From: Squalus acanthias
Taxonomy: Eukaryota
NCBI GenBank assembly: GCA_030390025.1
Contig: JASTWF010000361.1
Location: 1-64,000 of the forward strand
Direction: 5' to 3'
DNA length: 64,000 bases
Each line of letters opens with the position of its first letter. The first letter of the stretch is position 1. The notes below the pieces were generated by a model, which was given only the letters and a program-made list of their open reading frames with translations, was not told the origin of the DNA and ran no database searches. A program made the translations under genes and the position numbers. Shown here piece by piece: positions 47,512 through 58,900 of the stretch.

Positions 47512-49177
47512 TGTAGAATTCGCAAAATTATCGCGATTTTATAAAATAAGAAGGAGACATAAAGTTTCGTTCAAACAGCTTTATTTCAGCAGAATGCTGT
47601 CAGGTTTTCAAAGCGGACACAAACAGCCTGTAAAATGGCCGCCACGCCTCGTGGCAGAACGTTCTAGACTTTCAGTGAGCAGACAAGATGGTGTTCCAAT
47701 AAACATTTGTGCAAGATCGTACAGGACTCAGCACATTTGAGATAATTGACAAGACATAATGGGTTTGCATTTTATACATAAATACTGGAATCGGTCTCCC
47801 AGGTGCGAATAAGGGCTATTGTACCGAGCGATCAAGAACCCATCCAAAGACATTAATATGCAAAATCCCCACGACTCTACGATGAGAGAACCGTTTGCGG
47901 GTAGTTACAGAAAGCATTTGGAAGCCCCAAAACCCCTCCAGGGAGACTACTAGCCGGTTACACAATGGGAGAAGTATTAACGGGTACTCAGACAGTTACA
48001 AGTATCACCGAAACCCATTAAAAACGGAGATCACCCTATACAAGAAGTTTGAGCGCCAAAACCTGACAAAAGATAGACATTAAGATTGGGCGGGAAAAGA
48101 GGAATTACAGCACTATAACTGTAAGGTACAACCGTCCATCTCTCTCTTGCCTCTTGCCTTGTTGCTCTTGTCTCTTGCCGCCTGCCTCTTGCTGCTCTTG
48201 CTGTTTTGACTCGCTGGAAGACTGTTGAACTTTTATTCTCTTGCCTGACGGCTCTGGACTCTGATCCGCTAGGATCAACCTCGTGGCTTGCCACGAAGAT
48301 CTGGGTAGAACTGGGCTGTGAGGCCTTGAAACGGGCACACCATCCCGAGAAGTCGGTAAACGGTGTTGGAACCGAAGCCCCGAGATGAGATGAGATGAGA
48401 TGAGATGAGATGAGATGAGAAGAGAAGAAGACGACAATACGTATCGCCACGGTCAGTAAGCCCCGACCGCGCCTGTAAGTCGAATAAACACTTTCCTTGC
48501 CCAGGAAGACCATTTTTTGAATTTTACAAACTGGTGAGGGCACAGGAAGACTCTTCTTTGAGTAGTATCGGAACTCCGAGGACAACACAGATCTTCATGA
48601 CAGCAGACGGTCCAGCCTGCTAGCCGGAGCAGAAACGAGTAAACAAGTGGGGTACAGAGACCCCTGATCAACACGTGGATAGTCAGGTGCTGCGGTAAAA
48701 ACATCCGAGCAGAGTTTCGGAATTCTCCGAGTTATCACGAGTGGTGAGCATGAGTCTCGATCCTACAAATCTAGTTTAGGACAGGTATTGATAGGGGAGG
48801 GTTTAAGTTTTAAGGATAATTGTAATGTGTGCCCCCTTTTACGATGTGTCATGCGCTCCTCGTTTCCCTAAAATTAGTGACATAACTGTGTGTAAGATTG
48901 TACTGTCATTAATCTGTGCTTATGACATGTATCTCGTAATCTTGAATAATATGCAATAAAGATTTTCCATTTCGCACTATTCAACCGGGTCTACCTGAGT
49001 TTTCCCTGCATTATTGCTCTCGCACCTAAGTCCAGTGTCAGAACCGTAAGGGCGAGTGGGTCGAACCACTCACAGGTGTCTAGTGTTACCAGGCTGGCTG
49101 GAGACCAGAACAGGCAACAAGGCCTAACCTCGCACTAGCACCCAGGCTAAGCACAGAGCCGCAGGTCACCCCTTACA
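47512..49177 (+). mobile_element. Solo LTR (1666 bp) of a subfamily related to the 30066-43419 provirus
   Basis: TGTAG...TTACA with TSD CTGT (47508-47511 and 49178-49181). Colinear similarity to the provirus LTR, e.g. AGCCTGTAAAATGGCCGCC, ATCACGAGTGGTGAGCATG and GCTCTCGCACCTAAGTCCAGTGT. Confidence 0.93.
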
Positions 49178-49217
49178 CTGTGTTTATATATTGTGTAATA
49201 GATTCCCTCATTGTACC

Positions 49218-49256
49218 TTTACATGACGAAGGGGCAACAGCTCCAAAAGCTCGTAA
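49218..49256 (+). ncRNA. Second hammerhead copy with core mutations
   Basis: TTTAC-ATGACGAAGGGGCAACAGCTCC-AAAA-GCTC-GTAA: CUGA has become AUGA and GAAA has become AAAA; stem I (TTAC/GTAA) is intact. Confidence 0.5.
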
Positions 49257-49650
49257 TTTTAAATAAATCTGTTGGACTATAACCTGGTGTTGTGCGACTT
49301 CTCATTTTTGTCCACCCCAGTCCAACACCGGCATCTACGCATCATGCTTTTTTAAATAGTGGGGTTACATTTGCTACCCTCCAATCTGCAGGAACTGTTC
49401 CGTAATCTATAGAATTTTGGAAGACGACAACCAATGCATCCACTATTTCCATGGCTGCCTCTTTTAGTACTCTGGGATGCAGATTATCAGGCCCTGGGGG
49501 TTTATTGGCTTTCAGTCCCATTAATTTCTCCAGCACTATTTTTTTACTTATACTAATTTCCTTTAATTCCTCCTTCTCACTAGACCCTTGGTTCCCTAGC
49601 ATTTCTGGGAGGTTATTTGAGTCCTCTTCCATGAAGACAGAACCAAAGTA

Positions 49651-50076
49651 CAGGAAACTTTTGTTTATCCGGCATCGACGGGACCGGCGTGGTGCCGGTT
49701 TATTGAAAGTACCGGAAAACGGAGAGTTATATCTACCGAGGCTATTTTTAACAAAGAGACTCCAAGCAGCGCGGGAGAATCAACTCCTGCTACTGCAGTG
49801 TTTCGGACTTCCGACAGTGCCAGGAGGCCGAGTAGTGGCACTTCTTGAAAAGTACCCCTACTGACTAAATCGGCGTTCGCGGACTCGGACTCGGACTCGG
49901 GATCGCCAACATTGCCGGTTATTTGAAAGGAGTTTTCGGAGCACTCGGCGTTCGCGGAGACTCGACTGCGACTCGGCAACATTGCCGGTTATTTGAGAGG
50001 AGTTTTCGGAGGATGATTTTTGCCGGTTAAGCGAGAATTCCGGATATTTGGGTGCCGGATAAACAAAAGTTTCCTG
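49651..50076. mobile_element. Tc1/mariner (pogo/Tigger-type) MITE, 426 bp
   Basis: Perfect 24-bp TIR CAGGAAACTTTTGTTTATCCGGCA with TA duplicated on both sides. The CR1 sequence rejoins across it. Confidence 0.9.
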
Positions 50077-50201
50077 TATTTGTTTAATTATTCTGCCATT
50101 TCTGACTGTAAGGGACCTGCATTTCTCTTCACTCATCTTTTTCTTTTTACATATTTGTAGATGTTTTTACAATCCACTTTTATGTTCCTTGCAAGTTTAC
50201 T

Positions 50202-51216
50202 TGTGAAGGAATAAACTATATAAGCTTTTTAGAAAAATACACTCTCTTGTGAAAGAATTCTGGCCTTGTTGAGATAAGACAGTTGTTGACTCTGAATCAA
50301 TAACCTGATTAAAACAGAAGAATGGGTGGCTCCAAATGGGTGGCCTTGTTGGAACAGAACAATGGTCAACCCTGGATAAATGATCTTGATTAAACCTCTT
50401 AAAGATGACACATGAGATAAGGGACATCTGCCCTTCACACCTGTATGGTAAACTCCCAATAACTATTGCTGATGTGCCAGTAAGAATTGCAGAGGTCAGC
50501 AGAAAGATGAATAGTGATAATTAACTTGGATCAACAGAAACCTTATGGAATACAACTGAAAAAACGTATAAATATTGAAGTCTCAAATGGGATATCAGAC
50601 TCGCTTTAATCGGGCAAACCGATTTTCGACTACAGAGGCGGCTCTCTAGTCTTCCACTTTTTGTACCTCAGGGATCGAAAGTAATTTGATATTGGTGGAT
50701 ATCCTGTATAGAAAATTTTAAGAACTGTAATACTGTAGTGAAGTTAAGATATAAAAGTAAGATTCTCTGTTAAATATAAGATCGTATTTTTTCTCTTTTT
50801 AAAACTGTTAACGTTGCGATTGACTGATTCACCAACTGTAAATTGCATGTCGGTTCTTTTAATAAATCTCTGTATATTTTTAGAATTGTCTCACATAAGT
50901 TTTCTGTATCAATATCTCATGAACCCAATCTCTGTACACTCTTTGGTGAAGAGGTACATTTCTGAGGGGAGATCTCTGGACCCTCATAATATCCGGGATG
51001 TTACAGTCTGGCTAAACTTATTAAAAGTGCTATCTGGAGGATGGTAACATTCTCGGGTTGCTCCTTTCCTTTAGGGAGAGATAGCCCGGACCTTCAGACC
51101 CAGTTAAGCTTCTTTAGGATTTGGCTACCTCAAACTTTAGTTGAAAGTGAACATCTGAGAAATATGCCTGTCCTGGGATAGCCCCAAAGGGGCTAGGACA
51201 AGTAACTATCCTTTCA
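50202..51216 (+). mobile_element. ~1-kb insertion in the CR1, probably a solo LTR of an unrelated family
   Basis: TGTGAAGGA...TCCTTTCA with TACT on both sides; TATAAATA ~50567 and AATAAA ~50861. The right boundary overlaps sequence the CR1 frame also needs, so it is uncertain by a few bp. Confidence 0.6.
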
Positions 51217-52974
51217 TACTCTATTTTTTCCCCTCTTAATCAATCTCTTGGTCCTTTTTTGCTGAACTCTAAACTGCTCCCAATCCTCAGGCTTGCTACT
51301 TTTTCTGGCAACTTTATATGACTCCTCTTTGGATCTATTACTATCCTTAATTAATTTTGTTAGCATTGGTTGGGCCGCTTTTCCTTCTGTGGTTTTGCAC
51401 CAGAAAGGAATGTATAACTGTTGCAATTCATGCATTCGTTCCTTAAATGTTAGCCATTGCCTATCCACCGTCATGCATTTTAATGAAGCTCCCAATCTAT
51501 CATAGCCAACTCACTCCTCAAACCTTCGTAGTTTCCTTTGTTTAGATTTAGGACCCTAGTTTCGGATTGGACTTCTTCACTTTCCATCTTAATGAAGAAT
51601 TCTATCATGTTATGGTCACTCTTCCCTAAAGGACCCCACACAACAAGATCATTAATTAACCCCTTCTCATTGCACAATACCCAATCTAGGATAGCCTGTT
51701 CCCTAGCTGGGTCCTCAACGTACTGGTCTAAAAACCCATCTCGTACACACTCCAGGAATTCATCCTCCACAGTATTATTGCTAATTTGGTTTGGCCAGTC
51801 TATATGTAGATTAAAGTCTCCCATGATTACTGTAGTACCCTTGTTACATGCATCTCTAATTCCTGTTTGATGCCATCCCCGACATTACCACGACTGTTTG
51901 GAGGCCTATAGACAACTCCCACCAATGTTTTCTGCCCCTTGGTGCTTCTTAGCTCCACCCAAACTGATTCGACATCTTTATTTTCTGAGCCAATATCCTT
52001 TCTCACTATTGCTCTGATTTCATTCTTTAGTAACAAAGCCACCCCACTTCCTTTTCCTTATTGCCTGTCCTTCCTAAATATCGAATATCCTTGGATATTC
52101 AGCTCCCAGCCTTGGTCACCCTGCAGCCATGTCTCCGTAATTGCAATTATATCGTATCCGTTTACATCTATTTGTGCTGTTAATTCATCTACCTTATTAC
52201 GAATGTTTCGTGCATTCAGATACAGTGCCTTTAGACTTGTCTTAACATTTTTAGACATCTTAACATTTTTTTGTACTATGGCCCGATTTGTATTATTACC
52301 ATTTTTTCTTACCCAGACTCTATTTGTTAGTGCACTCCTTTGTTTGTACGCTCTGTCCCTTCCTGACACAATCTGGTTATCCTTACCCCAATCACTTTCC
52401 TGCACTGCTTCCTTGTTTTTTCTCTTTAGCATTCTAGATTTCTCTCCACCGGGACCACCCCTCCCCCTCCCGCCCCTTATTTAGTTTAAAGCCCTATCTA
52501 CCTCTCTAGTTATTCAATTCGCTAGAACTCTGGTCCCAGCATGGTTCAAGTGTCGTCCGTCCCAACGGAACAGCTCTCTCTTTCCCCAGTACTGGTGCCA
52601 GTGCCCCACGAATTGAAACCCACTTCTCCCACACCAATCTTTGAACCACGCATTCATTTCCCTGATCCTATTGACCCTATGCCAATTTGCTCGTGGCTCT
52701 GGTAATAATCCAGAGATTATGACCTTTGTGGTTCTGCTTTTTAATTTAGGACCTAGCTGCTCATACTCTCTCAGCAGATCATCTTTCTTTGTCCTACCTA
52801 TGTCATTGGTATCTACATGGACCATGACAACTGGATCCTCCACCTCGCACGTAAAGTTGTTCTACAGCCTGTGGGAGATGTCCGTTAACCTGGTAGGCAA
52901 CATAGCCTTCGGGACTCACGCTCCACGCTGCAGAGAACAGTATCTATCCCCCTAACTATACTGTCGCCTGTCTG

Positions 52975-55900
52975 TGTCTGTGTGAGGTTGTTGGGTGTGT
53001 ACAGTGAGCTGTGGGATGTGTGTGTGAGGTTGTTGGGTGTGTACAGTGAGCTGTGGGGTGTGTGTGTGAGGTTGTTGGGTGTGTACAGTGAGCTGTGGGA
53101 TGTGTGTGTGAGGTTGTTGGGTGTGTACAGTGAGCTGTGGGGTGTGTGTGTGAGGTTGTTGGGTGTGTATAGTGAGCTGTGGGGTGTGTGTGAGGTTGTT
53201 GGGTGCGTACAGTGAGCTGTGGGGTGTGTATGAGGTTGTTCGTGTGCACAGTGAGCTGTGGGATGTGTGTGTGAGGTTGTTGTGTGTTTACAGTGAGCTG
53301 TGGGGTGTGTGTCAGGTTGTTGGGTTTGTACAGTGAGCTGTGGGGTGTGTGATGTTGTTGGGTGTGTACAGTGAGCTGTGGGGTGTGTGTGTGAGGTTGT
53401 TGGGTGTGAACAGTGAGCTGTGGGATGTGTGTGTGAGGTTGTTGGGTGTGTACAGTGAGCTGTGGGCTGTGTGTGAGGTTGTTGGGTGTGTACAGTGAGC
53501 TGTGGAATGTGTGTGAGGTTGTCGGGAGTGTACAGTGAGCTGTGGGGTGTGTGTGAGGTTGTTCGTGTGCACAGTGAGCTGTGGGATGTGTGTGTGAGGT
53601 TGTTGGGTGTGTACAGTGAGCTGTGGGGTGTGTGTGAGGTTGTTCGTGTGCACAGTGAGCTGTGGGATGTGTGTGTGAGGTTGTTGGGTGTTTACAGTGA
53701 GCTGTGGGGTGTGTGTCAGGTTGTTGGGTTTGTACAGTGAGCTGTGGGGTGTGTGATGTTGTTGGGTGTGTACAGTGAGCTGTGGGGTGTGTGTGATGTT
53801 GTTGGGTGTGTACAGTGAGCTGTGGGTTGTGTGTGTGATTGTTGGGTGTGTACAGTGAGCTGTGGGTTGTGTGTGATGATATTGGGTGTGTACAGTGAGC
53901 TGTGCGGTGTGTGTGAGGTTGTTGGGTGTGTACAGTGAGCTGTGAGGTCTCTGTGTGAGGTTGTTGGGAGTGTACAGTGAGCTGTGGGGTGTGTGTGAGG
54001 TTGTTGGGTGTGTACAGTGAGCTGTGGTGTGTGTGAGGTTGTTGGGTGTGTGCAGTGAGCTGTGGGGTGTGTGTGAGGTTGTTGGGTCTGTACAGTGAGC
54101 TGTGGGATGTGAGTGAGGTTGTTGGGTGTGTACAGTGAGCTGTGGGGTGTGTGTGAGGTTGTTGGGTGTGTACAGTGAGCTGTGGGTGAGTTGGTGTGCA
54201 CAGTGAGCTGTGGGGTGTGTGAGGTTGTTGGGTGTGTGCAGTGAGCTGTGAGCTGTGTGTCAGGTTGTTGGGTGTGTACAGTGAGCTGTGGGGTGTGAGT
54301 GAGGTTGTTGGGTGTGTACAGTGAGCTTTGGTGTGTGTGTGAGGTTGTTGGGTGTGTACAGTGAGCTGTGGGGTGTGTGTGAGGTTGTTGTGTGTGTACA
54401 GTGAGCTGTGGGGTGTGTGTGAGGTTGTTGGGTGTGTACAGTGAGCTGTGGGGTGTGTTTGAGGTTGATGGGTGTGTACAGTGAGCTGTGGGGTGTGTGT
54501 GAGGTTGTTGGGTGTGTACAGTGAGCTGTGGGGTGTGTGTGAGGTTGTTGGGTGTGTACAGTGAGCTGTGGGGTGTGTTTGAGGTTGTTGGGTGTGTACA
54601 GTGAGCTGTGGGGTGTGTCTGACGTTGTTGGGTGTGTGCAGTGAGCTGTGGGGTGTGTGTCAGGTTGTTGGGTGTGTACAGTGAGCTGTGGGGTGTGTGT
54701 GAGGTTGTTGGGTGTGTACAGTGAGCTGCGCGGTGTGTGTGTGATGTTGTTGGGCGTGTACAGTGAGCTGTGGGTTGTGTGTGTGATTGTTGGGTGTGTA
54801 CAGTGAGCTGTGGGGTGTGTGTGAAGTTGTTGGGTGTGTACAGTGAGCTGTGGGGTGTGTGTGAGGTTACTGGGTGTGTACAGTGAGCTGTGGGGTGTGT
54901 GTGAGGTTGTTGGGTGTGTACAGTGAGCTGTGGGGTGTGTGTGAAGTTGTTGGGTGTGTACAGTGAGCTGTGGGGTGTGTTATGTTGTTGGGTGTGTACA
55001 GAGCGCTGTGGGGTGTGTGAGGTTATTGGGTGTGTACAGTGAGCTGTGGGGTGTGTGTGAGGTTGTTGGGTGTGTACAGTGAGCTGTGGGGTGTGTGAGG
55101 TTGTTGGGTGTGTACAGTGAGCTGTGGGGAGTGTGTGAGGTTCTTGGGTGTGTACAGTGAGCTGTGGGTTGTGTGTGAGGTTGTTGGGCGTGTACAGTGA
55201 GCTGTGGGTTTTCTGTGTGAGGTTGTTGGGAGTGTACAGTGAGCTGTGGGGTGTGTGTGATGATGTTGGGTGTGTACAGTGAGCTGTGGGGTGTGTGTGA
55301 TGATATTGGGTGTGTACAGTGAGCTGTGGGGTGTGTGTGAGTTTGTTGGGTGTGTACAGTGAGCTGTGGGGTGTGTGTGAGTTTGTTGGGTGTGTACAGT
55401 GAGCTGTGGGGTGTGTTATGTTGTTGGGTGTGTACAGTGAGCTGTGGGGTGTGTGTGAGGTTATTGAGTGTGTACAGTGAGCTGTGGGGTGTGTGTGAGG
55501 TAGTTGGGTGTGTACAGTGAGCTGTGGGGTGTGTGTGAGGTTCTTGGGTGTGTACAGTGAGCTGTGGGGTGTGTGTGAGGTTGTTGGGTGTGTACAGTGA
55601 GCTTTGGTGTGTGTGTGAGGTTGTTGGGTGTGTACAGTGAGCTGTGGGGTGTGTGTGAGGTTGTTGGGTGTGTTCAGTGAGCTGTGGGGTGTGTGTGAGG
55701 TTGTTGGGTGCGTACAGTGAGCTGTGGGGTGTGTGTGAGGTTTTTGGGTGTGTACAGTGTGCGGTGGGATGTGTGTGAGGTTGTTGGGTGTGTACAGTGA
55801 GCTGTGGGTGTGTGTGAGGTTGTTGGGTGTGTACAGTGAGCTGTCGGGTGTGTGTGAGTTTGTTGGGTGTGTACAGTGTGCGGTGGGGTGTGTGTGAGGT

Positions 55901-58900
55901 TGTTGGGTGTGTACAGTGAGCTGTGGGGTGTGTGTGAGGTTGTTGGGTGTGTACAGTGTGCGGTGGGGTGTGTGTGAGGTTGTTGTGTGTGTACAGTGAG
56001 CTGTGGGGTGTGTGTGAGGTTGTTGGGTGTGTACAGTGAGCTGTGGGGTGTGTGTGAGGTTGTTGGATGTGTACAGTGAGCTGTGGGGTGTGTGTGAGGT
56101 TATTGGGTGTGTACAGTGTGCTGTGGGGTTTGTGTGAGGTTGTTGGGTGTGTACAGTGTGCTGTGGGCTGTGTGTGACGTTGTTGGGTGTGTCCAGTGAG
56201 CTGTGGGGTGTGTGTGAAGTTGTTGGGTGTGTACAGTGAGCTGTGGGGTTTCTGTGTGTGGTTGTTGGGTGTGTACAGTGACCTGTGGGGTGTGTGTGAG
56301 GTTGTTGGGTGTGTACAGTGAGCTGTGGGGTTTCTGTGTGTGGTTGTTGGGTGTGTACAGTGACCTGTGGGGTGTGTGTGAGGTTGTTGGGTGTGTACAG
56401 TGAGCTGTGGGGTTTCTGTTTGTGGTTGTTGGGTGTGTACAGTGACCTGTGCCGTGTCTGTGAGGTTGTTGTGTGTGTACAGTGAGCTGTGGTACGTGTG
56501 TGAGGTTGTCGGGCGTGTACAGTGAGCTGTGGGGTGTGTGTGAGGTTGTTGGGTGTGTACAGTGAGCTGTGGGGTGTGTGATGTTGGGTGTGTACAGTGA
56601 GCTGTGGGGTGTGTGTGTGAGGTTGTTGGGTGTGTACAGTGAGCCGTGGGCTGTGTGTGAGGTTGTTAGGTGTGTCCAGTGAGCTGTGGGCTTTGTGTGC
56701 GGTTGTTGGGTGTGCACAGTGAGCTGTGGGATGTGTGTGTGATGTTGTTGGGTGTGTACAGTGAGCTGTGGGGTGTGTGTGAGGTTGTTCGTGTGCACAG
56801 AGAGCTGTGGGATGTGTGTGTGAGGTTGTTGGGTGTGTACAGTGAGCTGTGGGGTGTGTGTCAGGTTGTTGGGTTTGTACAGTGAGCTCTGGGGTGTGTA
56901 ATGTTTTTGGGTGTGTACAGTGAGCTGTGGGGTGTGTGTGATGTTGTTGGGTGTGTACAGTGAGCTGTGGGACATGTGTGAGGTTGTCGGGCGTGTACAG
57001 TGAGCTGTGGGGTGTGTGTGAGTTTGTTGGGTGTGTACAGTGAGCTGTGGGGTGTGTTATGTTGTTGGGTGTGTACAGTGAGCTGTGGGGTGTGTGTGAG
57101 GTTATTGAGTGTGTACAGTGAGCTGTGGGGTGTGTGTGAGGTAGTTGGGTGTGTACAGTGAGCTGTGGGGTGTGTGTGAGGTTCTTGGGTGTGTACAGTG
57201 AGCTGTGGGGTGTGTGTGAGGTTGTTGGGTGTGTACAGTGAGCTTTGGTGTGTGTGTGAGGTTGTTGGGTGTGTACAGTGAGCTGTGGGGTGTGTGTGAG
57301 GTTGTTGGGTGTGTTCAGTGAGCTGTGGGGTGTGTGTGAGGTTGTTGGGTGCGTACAGTGAGCTGTGGGGTGTGTGTGAGGTTTTTGGGTGTGTACAGTG
57401 TGCGCTGGGGTGTGTGTGAGGTTGTTGGGTGTGTACAGTGAGCTGTGGGTGTGTGTGAGGTTGTTGGGTGTGTACAGTGAGCTGTCGGGTGTGTGTGAGT
57501 TTGTTGGGTGTGTACAGTGTGCGGTGGGGTGTGTGTGAGGTTGTTGGGTGTGTACAGTGAGCTGTGGGGTGTGTGTGAGGTTTTTGGGTGTGTACAGTGT
57601 GCGGTGGGGTGTGTGAGGTTGTTGTGTGTGTACAGTGAGCTGTGGGGTGTGTGTGAGGTTGTTGGGTGTGTACAGTGAGCTGTGGGGTGTGTGTGAGGTT
57701 GTTGGATGTGTACAGTGAGCTGTGGGGTGTGTGTGAGGTTATTGGGTGTGTACAGTGTGCTGTGGGGTTTGTGTGAGGTTGTTGGGTGTGTACAGTGTGC
57801 TGTGGGCTGTGTGTGACGTTGTTGGGTGTGTCCAGTGAGCTGTGGGGTGTGTGTGAAGTTGTTGGGTGTGTACAGTGAGCTGTGGGGTTTCTGTGTGTGG
57901 TTGTTGGGTGTGTACAGTGACCTGTGGGGTGTGTGTGAGGTTGTTGGGTGTGTACAGTGAGCTGTGGGGTTTCTGTGTGTGGTTGTTGGGTGTGTACAGT
58001 GACCTGTGGGGTGTGTGTGAGGTTGTTGGGTGTGTACAGTGAGCTGTGGGGTTTCTGTTTGTGGTTGTTGGGTGTGTACAGTGACCTGTGCCGTGTCTGT
58101 GAGGTTGTTGTGTGTGTACAGTGAGCTGTGGTACGTGTGTGAGGTTGTCGGGCGTGTACAGTGAGCTGTGGGGTGTGTGTGAGGTTGTTGGGTGTGTACA
58201 GTGAGCTGTGGGGTGTGTGATGTTGGGTGTGTACAGTGAGCTGTGGGGTGTGTGTGTGAGGTTGTTGGGTGTGTACAGTGAGCCGTGGGCTGTGTGTGAG
58301 GTTGTTGGGTGTGTCCAGTGAGCTGTGGGCTTTGTGTGCGGTTGTTGGGTGCGCACAGTGAGCTGTGGGATGTGTGTGTGATGTTGTTGGGTGTGTACAG
58401 TGAGCTGTGGGGTGTGTGTGAGGTTGTTCGTGTGCACAGAGAGCTGTGGGATGTGTGTGTGAGGTAGTTGGGTGTGTACAGTGAGCTGTGGGGTGTGTGT
58501 GAGGTTCTTGGGTGTGTACAGTGAGCTTTGGTGTGTGTGTGAGGTTGTTGGGTGTGTACAGTGAGCTGTGGGGTGTGTGTGAGGTTGTTGGGTGTGTTCA
58601 GTGAGCTGTGGGGTGTGTGTGAGGTTGTTGGGTGCGTACAGTGAGCTGTGGGTTGTGTGTGAGTTTGTTGGGTGTGTACAGTGAGCTGTCGGGGGTGTGT
58701 GAGGTTGTTGGGTGTGTACAGTGTGCGATGGGGTGTGTGTGAGGTTGTTGGGTGTGTACAGTGAGCTGTGGGGTGTGTGAGGTTTTTGGGTGTGTACAGT
58801 GTGCGGTGGGGTGTGTGTGAGGTTGTTGGGTGTGTACAGTGAGCTGTGGGTGTGTGTGAGGTTGTTGGGTGTGTACAGTGAGCTGTCGGGTGTGTGTGAG

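Larger units (their letters stand above)
47121..49345. mobile_element. Penelope-derived non-autonomous foldback element (inverted ~170-bp arms), split by a solo LTR
   Basis: 47123-47290 is the reverse complement of 47478-47511 plus 49182-49309. The right arm extends to GTCCACCCCAGTCCAACACCGGCATC. TGCTTTT is present on both flanks. Confidence 0.75.
44223..52972 (-). mobile_element. CR1 LINE, 5'-truncated within ORF1, decayed and interrupted by four insertions
   Basis: 3' tail (AACATAGAAA) at 44223. RT fragments [15 protein letters not shown] and QKAFDKVPH (45944-46975). APE endonuclease fragments LYLNARNIRNK, ITETWL, GDFN and SDHN (51480-52432). SGNH-esterase ORF1: GDSIVRG, VHVDTNDIG, DGRHLN (52514-52970). 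Confidence 0.93.
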
